From Octopus bimaculoides (Eukaryota): 44,580 bases of DNA. The DNA lies in assembly GCF_001194135.2 (NCBI RefSeq), contig NC_069005.1, positions 18,797,053 to 18,841,632 on the forward strand, in the 5' to 3' direction. The notes under the pieces are model-generated. The model was not told the origin of the DNA and searched no databases. It saw only the letters and a list, made by a program, of their open reading frames with translations. The position numbers and the translations under genes were made by a program. This document shows, piece by piece, positions 1 through 12,153 of this stretch (within the stretch, counting starts at the first letter, position 1; the number at the start of each line of letters is the position of its first letter).

Positions 1-72
1 TATACATACATACATACATACATACATACATACATACATACGTACATAATACATACATACGTATATATATAT
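1..72. repeat. (TACA)n/(TA)n microsatellite
   Basis: Direct reading of tatacatacatacataca... Confidence 0.95.
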
Positions 73-75
73 AAG

Positions 76-215
76 AGATCTTCGTCGGTTACGACGACGA
101 GGGTCCCAGCTGATACAATCGACGAAACAGCCTGCACGGGAAATTAACGTGCAAGTGGCCGAGCGCTCCACAGAAACGTGTACCCTTAACATAGTTCTCA
201 AAGTAAATAGAGAGG
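76..215 (-). mobile_element. 3' part of tRNA-derived SINE family C
   Basis: The reverse complement matches the 3' half of the SINE at 14650-14886 (gttaatt..cacgagcaggctgtt..ggaac..cgtcgtcgtaa). Confidence 0.7.
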
Positions 216-490
216 TAGATAGAGCAACCTTCACGACCATTCTATTATTGAACGTTGATATGTTCGCGTCTTTTTTTCTGGATGCTTACAAAATCAGGAC
301 TTTAAAGCACGTGAATTTACGCAGGGTTGCACCTAAGGACTTATGGACTTATATCTACAACATTGGAAAGTTGAACAGTGAACTTTTATGTTTCTTTTTT
401 TTTTCTCTCTCTCTTCATCTTCTTATTCCTTTACTCCTATCCGCTATGTCGTCATTTCATTAATCTATAGCCTTCTCGTTTTCCCTATTT

Positions 491-546
491 GTCTCTGATG
501 ACGAAATATCCCATACTCTGGGATATCTCAGAAACAGTTGTAAGAC
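491..546 (+). ncRNA. Type I hammerhead ribozyme
   Basis: GUCU-CUGAUGA-C-[GAAAUAUCCCA/UACUC/UGGGAUAUCUC]-A-GAAA-CAGUUG-U-A-AGAC. Intact core, 4-bp stem I, 10 of 11 pairs in stem II, self-complementary stem III (ACAGUUGU), GUA cleavage triplet at 542. Confidence 0.75.
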
Positions 547-729
547 TTCGAATTTTTTCCAATAATAATAATGTATATGACTTGAGATGTTTGCCTTACC
601 TTAACGTTTGTTATCCTCTTTAACAATTATGTGTGCGTGTGTGTGTACGTATGAATATACATGCATACATACGTACATACACAGATATGCATTTGAAAAC
701 TTCTCTCGCCGCAGGAAAATTATAGCTCT

Positions 730-762
<33 letters not shown>

Positions 763-1356
763 NNNNNNNNNNNNNNNNNNNNNNNNNNNNNNNNNNNNNN
801 NNNNNNNNNNNNNNNNNNNNNNNNNNNNNNNNNNNNNNNNNNNNNNNNNNNNNNNNNNNNNNNNNNNNNNNNNNNNNNNNNNNNNNNNNNNNNNNNNNNN
901 NNNNNNNNNNNNNNNNNNNNNNNNNNNNNNNNNNNNNNNNNNNNNNNNNNNNNNNNNNNNNNNNNNNNNNNNNNNNNNNNNNNNNNNNNNNNNNNNNNNN
1001 NNNNNNNNNNNNNNNNNNNNNNNNNNNNNNNNNNNNNNNNNNNNNNNNNNNNNNNNNNNNNNNNNNNNNNNNNNNNNNNNNNNNNNNNNNNNNNNNNNNN
1101 NNNNNNNNNNNNNNNNNNNNNNNNNNNNNNNNNNNNNNNNNNNNNNNNNNNNNNNNNNNNNNNNNNNNNNNNNNNNNNNNNNNNNNNNNNNNNNNNNNNN
1201 NNNNNNNNNNNNNNNNNNNNNNNNNNNNNNNNNNNNNNNNNNNNNNNNNNNNNNNNNNNNNNNNNNNNNNNNNNNNNNNNNNNNNNNNNNNNNNNNNNNN
1301 NNNNNNNNNNNNNNNNNNNNNNNNNNNNNNNNNNNNNNNNNNNNNNNNNNNNNNNN

Positions 1357-2520
1357 NTGTAAGTCCTGGTGTTTTTGTTATGTATTTGTCTGAATATTTT
1401 TTTATCATACCTAAGGCGCCTACTATGATAGGAATTGTTTCTGTTTTTAGATTCCACATTCGAGTTACCTCTATTTCCAGGTCTTTGTATTTTGAAAGTT
1501 TCTCCATTTCTTTTAGAGAAACGTTGTTATCTGCTGGTATTGATACATCAATTAGAAAGCATTTTTTTTCTTCATGATCTCTGACAACTATATCTGGCCT
1601 ATTAGCCTTAATTTCCCTATCTGTGTGTATTAGCATATCCCAGAGTATGGTTGCTTTCTCGTTTCTGTGACCTTTTCTGGCGTGTGCCTATACCTTCTTT
1701 TTTCTGTCGTTATTCCATAGTGTTGGCATAGCTTCCAATGTATGTAGGTCCCAGCTCTGTCGTGTCTGTGAATATATTCCTTCTTAGCCAGGACTGGGCA
1801 GCCAGAGATAATATGATTTATTGTTTCTTGTCCATCTCCACATATTCTACAGTTACTTGTTATATTTCTTTTCATTATGTGTTATTGGTAATTTCTTGTG
1901 GGGAGGCTTTGGTTTTGTGCTGCAATTAAAATTCCTTCAGTCTCTGCCTTGAGTCTTGAGCTTTTCAACCATTGCTGGGATTTTCTCTGTCTATTTCTTT
2001 TGCATTTAGTGTAGCTCAGTATTTGCCATGAGGGGGCTTTTCTTGCCATCGTTTTATCATGGTCCGTTGCTTTTCTGGTTTTAGTTTGGATTTCATTTGT
2101 TTTATAGCATTTGTTGTTCCTTCTTCTTCTTCTTCTTCTTCTTCTTCTTCTTCTTCTTCTTCTTCTTCTTCTTCTTCATCATCATCATCATCATCTTCTT
2201 CTTCTTCTTCTTCTTCTTCTTCTTCTTCTTCTTCTTCTCCTTCTTCTTCTTCTTCGTATTTGTTAGGTAGTATGATTTCTTGTTTGTATTTGTCAGCTTC
2301 CTTAAATACAAAACAGTTTTTTGTTTTGCTCGTGTTTTGTGGCTATTTGTATTAGTTTTCCTTACTTCTGAAGTAGGTATTTTTGCAGTCCTATGGTGGT
2401 TATTTTATAATAGTTTTCCAGCTGTATAAGGCCTCTACCACCTTCTGTACGTTGTATATATATAGCCTTTCTATGTCAGATTTTGGGTGGTGCATCCGAG
2501 ATCCTGTCATTAATTTCCTA
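1357..2520 (-). pseudogene. R4/Dong-type RLE non-LTR retrotransposon fragment (RT C-terminus, CCHC knuckle, restriction-like endonuclease)
   Basis: QQWLKSSRLKAETEG at ~1950; CRICGDGQETINHIISGC (ORF 1630-1875); RPDIVVRD...LIDVSIP...EKLSKYKDLEIEV..MWNLKTETIPIIVGALG (ORF ending at the gap). Frameshifted; 3' end lost in the N gap; 5' boundary approximate. Confidence 0.9.
2117..2255. repeat. (TTC)n/(ATC)n microsatellite
   Basis: Direct reading; source of the poly-S and poly-K ORFs. Confidence 0.95.
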
Positions 2521-2530
2521 TATCTTGTCA

Positions 2531-2625
<95 letters not shown>

Positions 2626-2630
2626 ATTGT
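2531..2630. repeat. (ATT)n-(GTT)n compound microsatellite
   Basis: Direct reading. Confidence 0.95.
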
Positions 2631-3200
2631 TTGAGAGAGCAGTGCATGTCATCAAAGTGACACTGGAATAAAATATACAAAGCCTGATATACTCATCATG
2701 ACTTATCCGTCTGATAAGAGTACACCAGGCACATGCATCACAACCATGTGTGCGCGACATGGTGATCTCATATCAAGATAAATAGTAAATGACCTTGCAG
2801 ATGGGGGGGGGGGTCTAGTTAGAATTTTCTTCAAGTCGAGTAGCCCACCCCACTCATAAGGTCCATGAATAAGAGTTAGTTAAGGATGTTGGACGAAGCA
2901 CCCATGTTTCCAGAGGTGAATTATTCAAACCTCAAAGAATTCCTCTCAACACAAAGCTATAATCTTTCCCCTCTATTCCTGCACATATTGTCAGCCGTTA
3001 AGGGACGATCTCAACTGGTTAAAGTCAAACAATTGACAAACAAATCTGTGGTACGGAGTAGAATGTTTGCTGTAGCCCATCTTTTATATCAAGAAAAAAC
3101 AATGTACATGATAACACTTCCAATCAGTTAAGATGAGAAGCCATGAGAAGCCATGAGAAGCCATGAGAAGCCATGAGAAGCCATGAGAGCCACTGCCTGG
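2631..3200. repeat. Unclassified interspersed repeat containing a 10-bp tandem array (CCATGAGAAG x ~5.5 at 3133-3188)
   Basis: The tandem array is read directly. The interspersed-repeat call rests on recollection of an abundant octopus repeat and is unverified. Confidence 0.45.
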
Positions 3201-3278
3201 TACTGCATCCGGGCATTTAGCATGCCGGACGAAATGCTTAGCGGTATTTCGTCTGTCATTCCGTTCTGAGTTCAAATT
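3200..3278 (+). mobile_element. Head fragment of SINE family A
   Basis: ttagcatgccggacgaaatgcttagcggtatttcgtctg..cgttctgagttcaaatt matches the reverse complement of 7975-8040. Confidence 0.7.
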
Positions 3279-3288
3279 TACTGTTTAC

Positions 3289-3490
3289 TTGGGATCTTAT
3301 CTAGGTGTTTCTGACATCCCTTTTTCTTTTATCATACCTAGGGCACCCACAATAACAGGAACAGTTCTCGCTTTAAGATGCCACATCTTATGTATTTCAA
3401 TTTCCAGGTCCTTATATTCATTTGATTTGTCAAATTCCTTTACAGATATATTTTTATCAGTGGGAACACCTATATTTATTAGACTACAAG
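3289..3490 (-). pseudogene. R4/Dong-type RLE endonuclease fragment
   Basis: The minus strand reads LINIGVPTDKNISVKEFDKSNEYKDLEIEIHKMWHLKARTVPVIVGALGMIK, paralogous to the 1357-1636 domain. Confidence 0.85.
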
Positions 3491-3492
3491 AA

Positions 3493-4270
3493 TTTTATTA
3501 TTATTATCATTATTATTATATGCTTGACTTCTACTTTGTATATGTACAAGTTGGCTCCAAGTCTCACCCAGAGACCTCAAGAGACAACATGTTAGAAGTT
3601 AATGTTGGTTCTATGCCTAGGGTGTCATATATTTGGTTTTATACATAGTATTGTTCTATAGAATGTTTAAGAAAACAAGAAAATTTGAGATTACATAGAC
3701 AGTATATTACGTAAGATATGGGCAGTTTCCATGAGCACTACCTTTTGAATTTCTGCAATTTTGGGGTTTCCTGGTATCTGATCTAGGTAGCAATCAGCCC
3801 CTTTTGTTATCATTCCTAGGGCACCTATGACAGTAGGTATTGTTTCAGTGTTAAGATTCCACATTTTGCCAATTTCTATTTCAAGATCTTTATATTTGCT
3901 CAGTTTCAGGTAGGTCTTGACAGATACGTTTATATCGATTGGGACAGTCATATCAATGAGGAGGCATGACGTTTGCCTGAAGTCTTTCAATATACTATCT
4001 GGCCTATTTGTATCTATCTTTCTGTCAGTTTGAATGAAGTTCCAGAGGAGTGAGATGTGATCATTTTTAAGTACTGGAGGTGGTTTGTATTCGCTCCATT
4101 TTTTTTATCATGGGGCAGGTCCAGTTTTTTGCAAATTACCCAGTGAATATATTGTGCAAATCTTTTACCTGCTCCATTTCTTAAATTTAGATTTCTATTC
4201 GCATACGCAGCAACCCCAGTTGCTATCCGTGAACTATAAAATAACTATCTTCAGTTTATCGAACTTAGAT
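3493..4270 (-). pseudogene. R4/Dong-type retrotransposon 3' end with (TAA)n tail
   Basis: ORF 3691-3990: LLIDMTVPIDINVSVKTYLKLSKYKDLEIEIGKMWNLNTETIPTVIGALG...TAHILRNILSM*, then a 3' UTR ending in a (TAA)n run at 3493-3520. Confidence 0.88.
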
Positions 4271-7269
4271 ATGGAAAAAAACTCAACCTTCTACGTCAGT
4301 AAACCACTATTGTTCCTGTGAGTTGTTTTTATACATTCTACTAACTTCCTACACCTGGATCCTTGGATCTTAACTTTACATGTAATTATTCAGCCTCAGG
4401 GCTGAAACATATAAAAGAATAAAAGAATATATATACGATATGCTTCCACCTAATTTCCGTCTGCCAAATTCACTCACAAGGCATTCTTGGCCCCTCCCAA
4501 AGTTTCCTGCCAGTAGGCTCAGCCTGAGAAATCTCACTTGTAATTCTTTTCCATGACGTTCTAATTACGTGTCTGTAGTGCTAGAGCTGTGATTTCTCAA
4601 CGCAGAGAAATAGTAACTCAACCTGGTGTGACTCCCTTATCTCAGAGCTACACGTTCTGTCAAGTATTATCCCAGAGATCCTTCACAGGAACCCCATTTC
4701 GACCTCTTATATTCGTGATCGTTCTCTTTTGCTCAATATCAAGTATTCACGACCATAGCTTGATGAAAGCTTGATGAAAATGTGATCAAATTTAATTAAA
4801 GTTGACCGCGACAAATAAATCAACACGTGACTGTAGATTCATGATACTAACGGTAAAAAAAAAAACCTTTGGAGGGAAAAGTTTACACGAATTCAATCAG
4901 TGTTTAGGAAACAACACAAACATCAAATATATAATAGGCGTCAATTCAATTCTTGATAATGAGACCATAAAGGTCTAGAAACGTTGGATAAATGTGTACG
5001 CGTACATGTGTGTGCGTGGTGCATGCGCGCGCACGCGTGTGTGCGTGTGTGTATGTGTGTATAAACAGATCTGACTCCAATAAGCAAAACCTAAATAAAG
5101 GGAGAGTACATCTTATGTTATTTTCTTGGAGCATGACTCAAACACCCAGTGTTCGGTGTCGTAACCACTCTAAGTCTACTGATATTGGATAACAGTACGC
5201 TCGGTTAAGTGAATATTCTCAGTTGACTGGTACCTTATTATATTGGCTCCAGAATAATAGAATGCATAGATGTCTCACAACTCACAAAGGAAGTAATAAG
5301 ACAAGAATATAAAGAAATCAATAAGACAGCCTCTAAGTAGTCGATCGGCATGCTAGAAAGAGCAGCCAAATCTCCCTCAAATCACGTCCTATCGAATTAG
5401 AAAACGATACGCTAGATATATTGATCTGCTGATCGAACTGTTTGAACCTAATATTATCTCCAGTGGTGCTCCAGCATGACCGCAGCCGCATGGCTGAAAC
5501 GAGTAAAAGAGTAGGACTTAAACGATTAACAGTGCCAGAATAGGCGTTGATGTTGCGATTAAGCAATGAGTTTGTTAAAAGATATCCATTAGCAACAGAG
5601 ACAGTATCAATACCGAGAGATAGTATTTATCCCTGCTTAAATATGGATGTTCTGTTAGAACAAACTATACTGCAGTAGATAACCTGAGAGAAACTCTCAT
5701 ATTGATTTTTTGGTGCAAAATGCACTCTTGTTCATATCATTAACGGGGAGATAAGTCGCCGCCATCCCCAGCGCCAAGACTACCAATTAACGTAACTTTG
5801 AGCTTATTTGATTTTGTTTATGATGGACATCGACCGCTAGAGACAGCAGCGATTCATCTCCCCCTCCATTGATATTATAGATCGACACTGGCATAGCAGC
5901 GCCCAGTTCTATCACCAACGTCACAAACACGCATCATCACCACTTCTAAACACACGCCACTACTACAGGGGCATTACACCAACAGTGCATCCCCCTCCCG
6001 TCCCTAGCACCACCACAGCTACCTCCGCCACCACCATCTCCATAATCACCCACCATCTACACCACCACCACCAGATAGATAAAGTTAAATTTGATGTTCT
6101 TCATATGTAAATTAATACTAATTATCCGTTAACTGCGTCGAGGTTATATTAGGACAGTGGTGGTGGTGGTTGTGGTGGTGGTGGTGACAGTGTTGATGGT
6201 TTGTACTGTTGGCGGGTAGTAGTGGTGGTAGTGGTGGTGGTGGTGACAGTGTTNNNNNNNNNNNNNNNNNNNNNNNNNNNNNNNNNNNNNNNNNNNNNNN
6301 NNNNNNNNNNNNNNNNNNNNNNNNNNNNNNNNNNNNNNNNNNNNNNNNNNNNNNNNNNNNNNNNNNNNNNNNNNNNNNNNNNNNNNNNNNNNNNNNNNNN
6401 NNNNNNNNNNNNNNNNNNNNNNNNNNNNNNNNNNNNNNNNNNNNNNNNNNNNNNNNNNNNNNNNNNNNNNNNNNNNNNNNNNNNNNNNNNNNNNNNNNNN
6501 NNNNNNNNNNNNNNNNNNNNNNNNNNNNNNNNNNNNNNNNNNNNNNNNNNNNNNNNNNNNNNNNNNNNNNNNNNNNNNNNNNNNNNNNNNNNNNNNNNNN
6601 NNNNNNNNNNNNNNNNNNNNNNNNNNNNNNNNNNNNNNNNNNNNNNNNNNNNNNNNNNNNNNNNNNNNNNNNNNNNNNNNNNNNNNNNNNNNNNNNNNNN
6701 NNNNNNNNNNNNNNNNNNNNNNNNNNNNNNNNNNNNNNNNNNNNNNNNNNNNNNNNNNNNNNNNNNNNNNNNNNNNNNNNNNNNNNNNNNNNNNNNNNNN
6801 NNNNNNNNNNNNNNNNNNNNNNNNNNNNNNNNNNNNNNNNNNNNNNNNNNNNNNNNNNNNNNNNNNNNNNNNNNNNNNNNNNNNNNNNNNNNNNNNNNNN
6901 NNNNNNNNNNNNNNNNNNNNNNNNNNNNNNNNNNNNNNNNNNNNNNNNNNNNNNNNNNNNNNNNNNNNNNNNNNNNNNNNNNNNNNNNNNNNNNNNNNNN
7001 NNNNNNNNNNNNNNNNNNNNNNNNNNNNNNNNNNNNNNNNNNNNNNNNNNNNNNNNNNNNNNNNNNNNNNNNNNNNNNNNNNNNNNNNNNNNNNNNNNNN
7101 NNNNNNNNNNNNNNNNNNNNNNNNNNNNNNNNNNNNNNNNNNNNNNNNNNNNNNNNNNNNNNNNNNNNNNNNNNNNNNNNNNNNNNNNNNNNNNNNNNNN
7201 NNTTGCCTTGCCTTTACTTTACACTGCTCTGGTCATACCCACGACACTCTATAATATATATATATATAG

Positions 7270-7450
7270 GGAGAGTTCACACAAAAAAAGACGAAGACAG
7301 GTGGTGTAGACAACAGACAGATGTATTAGTATGACGCTCGGGAAATGGAAAAGTCTTTAACGTTTCGAGCCTACGCTCTTCCACAAAAAGGAACACAGAA
7401 AGAAACAAGGAGAGAAAAAAGAACGTGTAGTGGCTAGTGATCTATCATGG
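7270..7450 (-). repeat. Dispersed non-coding repeat (second copy at 31980-32110) carrying a degenerate hammerhead-like motif
   Basis: gtattagt(a/t)tgacgctc(g/a)ggaaa...gcctacgc(t/a)ctt is shared by the two copies. Confidence 0.6.
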
Positions 7451-7824
7451 CGAAATGATATATATATATGATATATGTTTATATATATATACATATATAT
7501 ATGATAATCTATGATCATCTATGATAATCTATGATAATCTATGATAATCTATCATGGCGAAATGACATATATATGATATATACGATATATATATATAGTA
7601 TACCGTTCTAGTGAGAGATAAATATTGTTTAATAAACACTATATATATTTTGATGAGCTAATAGTAGTTTCATACAATGAAGATTGCATAAACGTACCAG
7701 ACGAGTTATAAAATACTGTCTGTGTCATTTTAAATTTATGAAACTACTGGTATCTCATAAAAAATATATACGTAAAGAGCCGGTAAAACTGCTGCTGGCC
7801 ATATTGTCCGGTGTGCTAACGATT

Positions 7825-8058
7825 CTTATTTCTTTATTGCCCACAAGGGGCTAAACATAGAGGGGACAAACAAGGACAGACAAAGGGATTAAGCCGATTA
7901 CATCGACCCCAGTGCGTAACTGGTACTTAATTTATCGACCCCGAAAGGATAAAAAGGCAAAGACGACCTCGGCAGAATTTGAACTCAGAACGTAACAGCA
8001 GACAAAATACCAATAAACATTTCGCCCGGCCTGCTAACGATTCTACCATCTCGCTGCC
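7825..8058 (-). mobile_element. Near full-length tRNA-derived SINE, family A (Nin/Deu-like central domain)
   Basis: On the minus strand: A-box-like ggtagaatcgttagca, B-box gttctgagttcaaatt, central gcctttttatcctttcggggtcgataaattaagtaccag. At least six further copies in the window. The domain name is from recollection. Confidence 0.85.
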
Positions 8059-8094
8059 TGAAAGAGTCAGATGCCAAAATATGATCTATGTGAG

Positions 8095-8500
8095 TGAGGA
8101 AAAGAGAGAGCAAGAGAATGAAAGAGGGAGAGAAAGCGAGAGAGAGAGAGAGACAGAGAGAGAGAGACAGAGAGAGAGAGATGAAAAGTGCAAAAGGTAG
8201 AGAGAGAGAGAGAGAGAGAGGAAGAGAGAGAGAGGAAGAGAGAGAGGAAGAGAGAGAGGAAGAGAGAGAGAGGAAGAGAGAGAGGGGAAGAGAGAGAGAG
8301 NNNNNNNNNNNNNNNNNNNNNNNNNNNNNNNNNNNNNNNNNNNNNNNNNNNNNNNNNNNNNNNNNNNNNNNNNNNNNNNNNNNNNNNNNNGAGAGAGAGG
8401 AAGAGAGAGAGAGGAAGAGAGAGAGAGGAAGAGAGAGAGAGGAAGAGAGAGAGAGGAAGAGAGAGAGAGGAAGAGAGAGAGAGGAAGAGAGAGTGTGAGT
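8095..8500. repeat. (GA)n/GAGGAAGA purine-rich repeat around a gap
   Basis: Direct reading; source of the ERER/SLSL ORFs. Confidence 0.95.
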
Positions 8501-8757
8501 GTGAGAGAGAACAACATAATTAGAGGAAAACCAATTAAGGGCTATTTGAAAGACTTTGATCTTAGCGATCGAACATTACATGTAAATGTAAACATTTTTA
8601 TGTACGTATGTGTGCGTATACATATAATTATATGTGCGTGTGTATAATGCTACAGACAATCTCTAAATTAACACACCATTACTAATAGTTTCATGCTCGA
8701 TAGTTAATCTATATATTGACTATTCCATAATATGCATAAGTGTCTGTATGTATACAT

Positions 8758-8799
<42 letters not shown>

Positions 8800-8906
8800 A
8801 TGTATGTGTATGTGTGTGTGAATGCGTGTGTGTGTGCGTGTGTGTATAATAATAGTTCAGGATTCAAGTGACTCTGGTATCTAAATAGTAAAGCACCAAG
8901 TTCGAG

Positions 8907-9045
8907 TCAAGGAGATAGCAATCGTGTACAGAACAAAATCAGAGGAGCGTATACGTATATACCGAAGTACAGAAGGATTAATATTCCAGTTGCATGTACG
9001 ATCTCAAGTAACCGACTGAAAGTAGCACGAGTCTCAAGGCTGCAC
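8907..9045 (-). CDS. Candidate terminal exon of an unrecognised minus-strand gene
   Basis: Acceptor tttgtatatag|G at 9045; open in phase 2 (CSLETRATFSRLLEIVHATGILILLYFGIYVYAPLILFCTRLLSP*). No homology recognised. Confidence 0.15.
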
Positions 9046-9184
9046 CTATATACAAACACTGAACCTATTGTACTACGCTTAATAGACTCCAGATCCACGC
9101 TAATTACAGGTTCTCAGTAAGATGAATAATAGATGTATGTATGTATGTATGTATGTATGTATGTATGTATGTAGGAGTTTAATT

Positions 9185-9790
9185 ACAAATGTTTTCCCAG
9201 CACCTTCTGGAGCATCTAAGAAATAAAGTCCTCCTGTGTTATTCTTAATACTGCCTATGATCAGGTAGAAGCTTGGGAAGATTATCATTTACGTACATGG
9301 TCAGTTCCTCAAAATCATAGGAAATTTTTCTCATTATTTCAATGGACAGTGTTAAAATGCCCTCTATAAGTTGGGAGACCTAAATTTTGTACAGGTTCAC
9401 CTCCCATGGAAATAATTTGATCTTCTATTTTAATGAAAGCCGCATTGTAAGCATCAGTAAAACCAATCTCTTGCTCAGGATTATTGGTTCTTGAAATCTT
9501 CAGCAAGATCATTCTGAACATATTCCACAGTTGAGAATAATAGCAAAAAGACATCTTAAAATCTTAGGTGATTTTGATATTGAAGCTTCTTCTAATATAG
9601 CTTCCCGTTGCTGATCATCTGCAAGCAAACCTAACATGAAACACGCTTCTCGATATGTTCTGCAAATCTCACCATCACCTTGTTTCAAACTTTCCCATGA
9701 AGTTGGTCTTCTTTTTACATGAAGAAGCATTCTGAGATGAAACCATTCATTTTGGTTAGGAAGTACAGTATACAATCTACCAATTGTTGT
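9185..9790 (-). pseudogene. Helitron Rep/helicase fragment (PIF1-like)
   Basis: MYTVLPNQNEWFHLRMLLHV..PTSWESLK..DGEICRTYREACFMLGLLADDQ; IEDQIISMGG...LGLP; GGLYFLDAPEGAGKTFVIKLL (mutated Walker A of the Helitron DAPGGTGKT motif). Three broken frames. Confidence 0.88.
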
Positions 9791-10543
9791 TCCAGGTGTG
9801 TCGATGAATTTCGCTCTGCTGTGAATTTGTGTCTGTGTGCGTATGGCTTCGCTGTCAGATTGTCTCTGCTTATGTGAAAGAAATTTATATATTTATATCT
9901 GAACGGAGAAGTTAGGAAAATAGGCATATGATGTAGAAATAATAGGTTTGGAGAATGCAGGTGACTGCGTTGTGAGAGGGAAGGTTACAGGTGAAAGAGA
10001 GATAGAAAGAGAGATAGAGATACAGAAAAAGAGATAGAGATACAGAAAGAGAGAGAGACAGACAGACAGAAAGAGAGAGAGACAGACAGACAGAAAGAGA
10101 GAGAGAAACAGAAAGAGAGGATGCTCACGGCATAAAATATCTTGAACATGAATGAATATACGTATGTGTGTGTGTATGTATGTGTGGGGGTGTTCTTTTA
10201 TTCATGCTAAGAAAGAGAGAGAGAAAGGAAGAAAGGAAGAGAGAGAGAGAGAGAAAGAGAAAGAAAGAGAGAGAGAGAGAAAGAAAGAGAGAGAGAAAGA
10301 GAAAGAAAGAGAGAGAGAAAGAGAAAGAAAGAGAGATAGAAAGAGAAAGAAAGAGAGAGAAGGGGAAATAGACAGATAGAAAAGAAAGAAAACCATAGAG
10401 ATGGTGTCTGGTTTTAGTTTCACTTTGCGGGACAAAGAGACAGAATCTCTTTGAAGTAGCATGGCAGAAAGACAGATGGAATATACGAGAATTTATTATT
10501 AATCACGACAATTTTTTCGACGCATCTAGCATCAATATATATA

Positions 10544-11371
10544 CAGACCAACCTTGGTTCTCGACCATAATCTGTTCCGAAAGGCTGTCCTGAAGCTGAA
10601 TTATTCGAGAACCAAATCATTTCTTCACATTACAATTAATGTAAAAGAGATTAATTCGTTTCCAAGCACCGGATGCTTATATTATATATTTAAGTATAAA
10701 AACGTTTATTCAAACTGTAAATAACACACAAAAGTGTGTTATTTCTTAGGAGGGGAGTCCCTTTCCAAAAAAACTTCTGGTAACTGTCTTTCTCACAAAC
10801 AAATGTTTCACTGAGACTGTCATCAGCTAACTGTTTCTCATTTATAAAAATAAGCAATAACTTTTCCACTTCTTCGAGTATCTTTGGTCTTTGTTTATTA
10901 ATAACAGTCACTCCTTTTGCAACATCAGCTGCTTTTATCACTTCCTAATATTTTAGAATAGTAAATATTGTCGATTTAGGTATACCATACTGCACGGCGA
11001 GATCAGAAACATGAACGCCATTTTCATGTTTTGCGATGATTTCTCTCTTGACATCAATTATTTTTCTCTCAAATTTTCTTTCTCCTTTACCAGTACCACA
11101 GCTAGCTTTCTTTGGAGCCATGACTAAGGCTAACGAAGAGAAAAAAAGCGCACAGTACGATAAAATTGCAAAAGTAAAGCACAGCACAACACACGAATGT
11201 ATACAACACGGCGATTGACACAGAAATCATTCCGTTCGGGTTAACTCGGTTCGGCAAAGTTGTTCGAGAACCGAAATTTTGTTCGATAACCGAGGCATTT
11301 TCATCTCGAATTTTCTGCTCGAAAACCGATTTGTTCGACATGTGAGACGTTCGAGAACCGAGGTTGCTCTG
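10544..11371 (-). mobile_element. Tigger/pogo-like DNA transposon, internally deleted, both TIRs and TA TSD retained
   Basis: Left TA|CAGACCAACCTTGGTTCTCGAC; right TTCGAGAACCGAGGTTGCTCTG|TA. Encodes a CENP-B-type HTH N-terminus (IIDVKREIIAKHENGVHVSDLAVQYGIPKSTIFTILK*; IKAADVAKGVTV...EEVEKLLLIFINEKQLADDSLSE); no DDE domain. Confidence 0.9.
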
Positions 11372-12020
11372 TATATATNNNNNNNNNNNNNNNNNNNNNN
11401 NNNNNNNNNNNNNNNNNNNNNNNNNNNNNNNNNNNNNNNNNNNNNNNNNNNNNNNNNNNNNNNNNNNNNNNNNNNNNNNNNNNNNNNNNNNNNNNNNNNN
11501 NNNNNNNNNNNNNNNNNNNNNNNNNNNNNNNNNNNNNNNNNNNNNNNNNNNNNNNNNNNNNNNNNNNNNNNNNNNNNNNNNNNNNNNNNNNNNNNNNNNN
11601 NNNNNNNNNNNNNNNNNNNNNNNNNNNNNNNNNNNNNNNNNNNNNNNNNNNNNNNNNNNNNNNNNNNNNNNNNNNNNNNNNNNNNNNNNNNNNNNNNNNN
11701 NNNNNNNNNNNNNNNNNNNNNNNNNNNNNNNNNNNNNNNNNNNNNNNNNNNNNNNNNNNNNNNNNNNNNNNNNNNNNNNNNNNNNNNNNNNNNNNNNNNN
11801 NNNNNNNNNNNNNNNNNNNNNNNNNNNNNNNNNNNNNNNNNNNNNNNNNNNNNNNNNNNNNNNNNNNNNNNNNNNNNNNNNNNNNNNNNNNNNNNNNNNN
11901 NNNNNNNNNNNNNNNNNNNNNNNNNNNNNNNNNNNNNNNNNNNNNNNNNNNNNNNNNNNNNNNNNNNNNNNNNNNNNNNNNNNNNNNNNNNNNNNNNNNN
12001 NNNNNNNNNNNNNNNNNNNN

Positions 12021-12095
<75 letters not shown>

Positions 12096-12153
12096 ACTGT
12101 GTGTCACTGAAAAGCAGAAATGATCACGGTATCTATCGTTCTCTTTCACTTAC

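Noticed and set aside
10795-10830. CUGAUGA...GAAA on the minus strand inside the Tigger ORF
   Set aside because: No stem II or stem I; a chance match in coding sequence.
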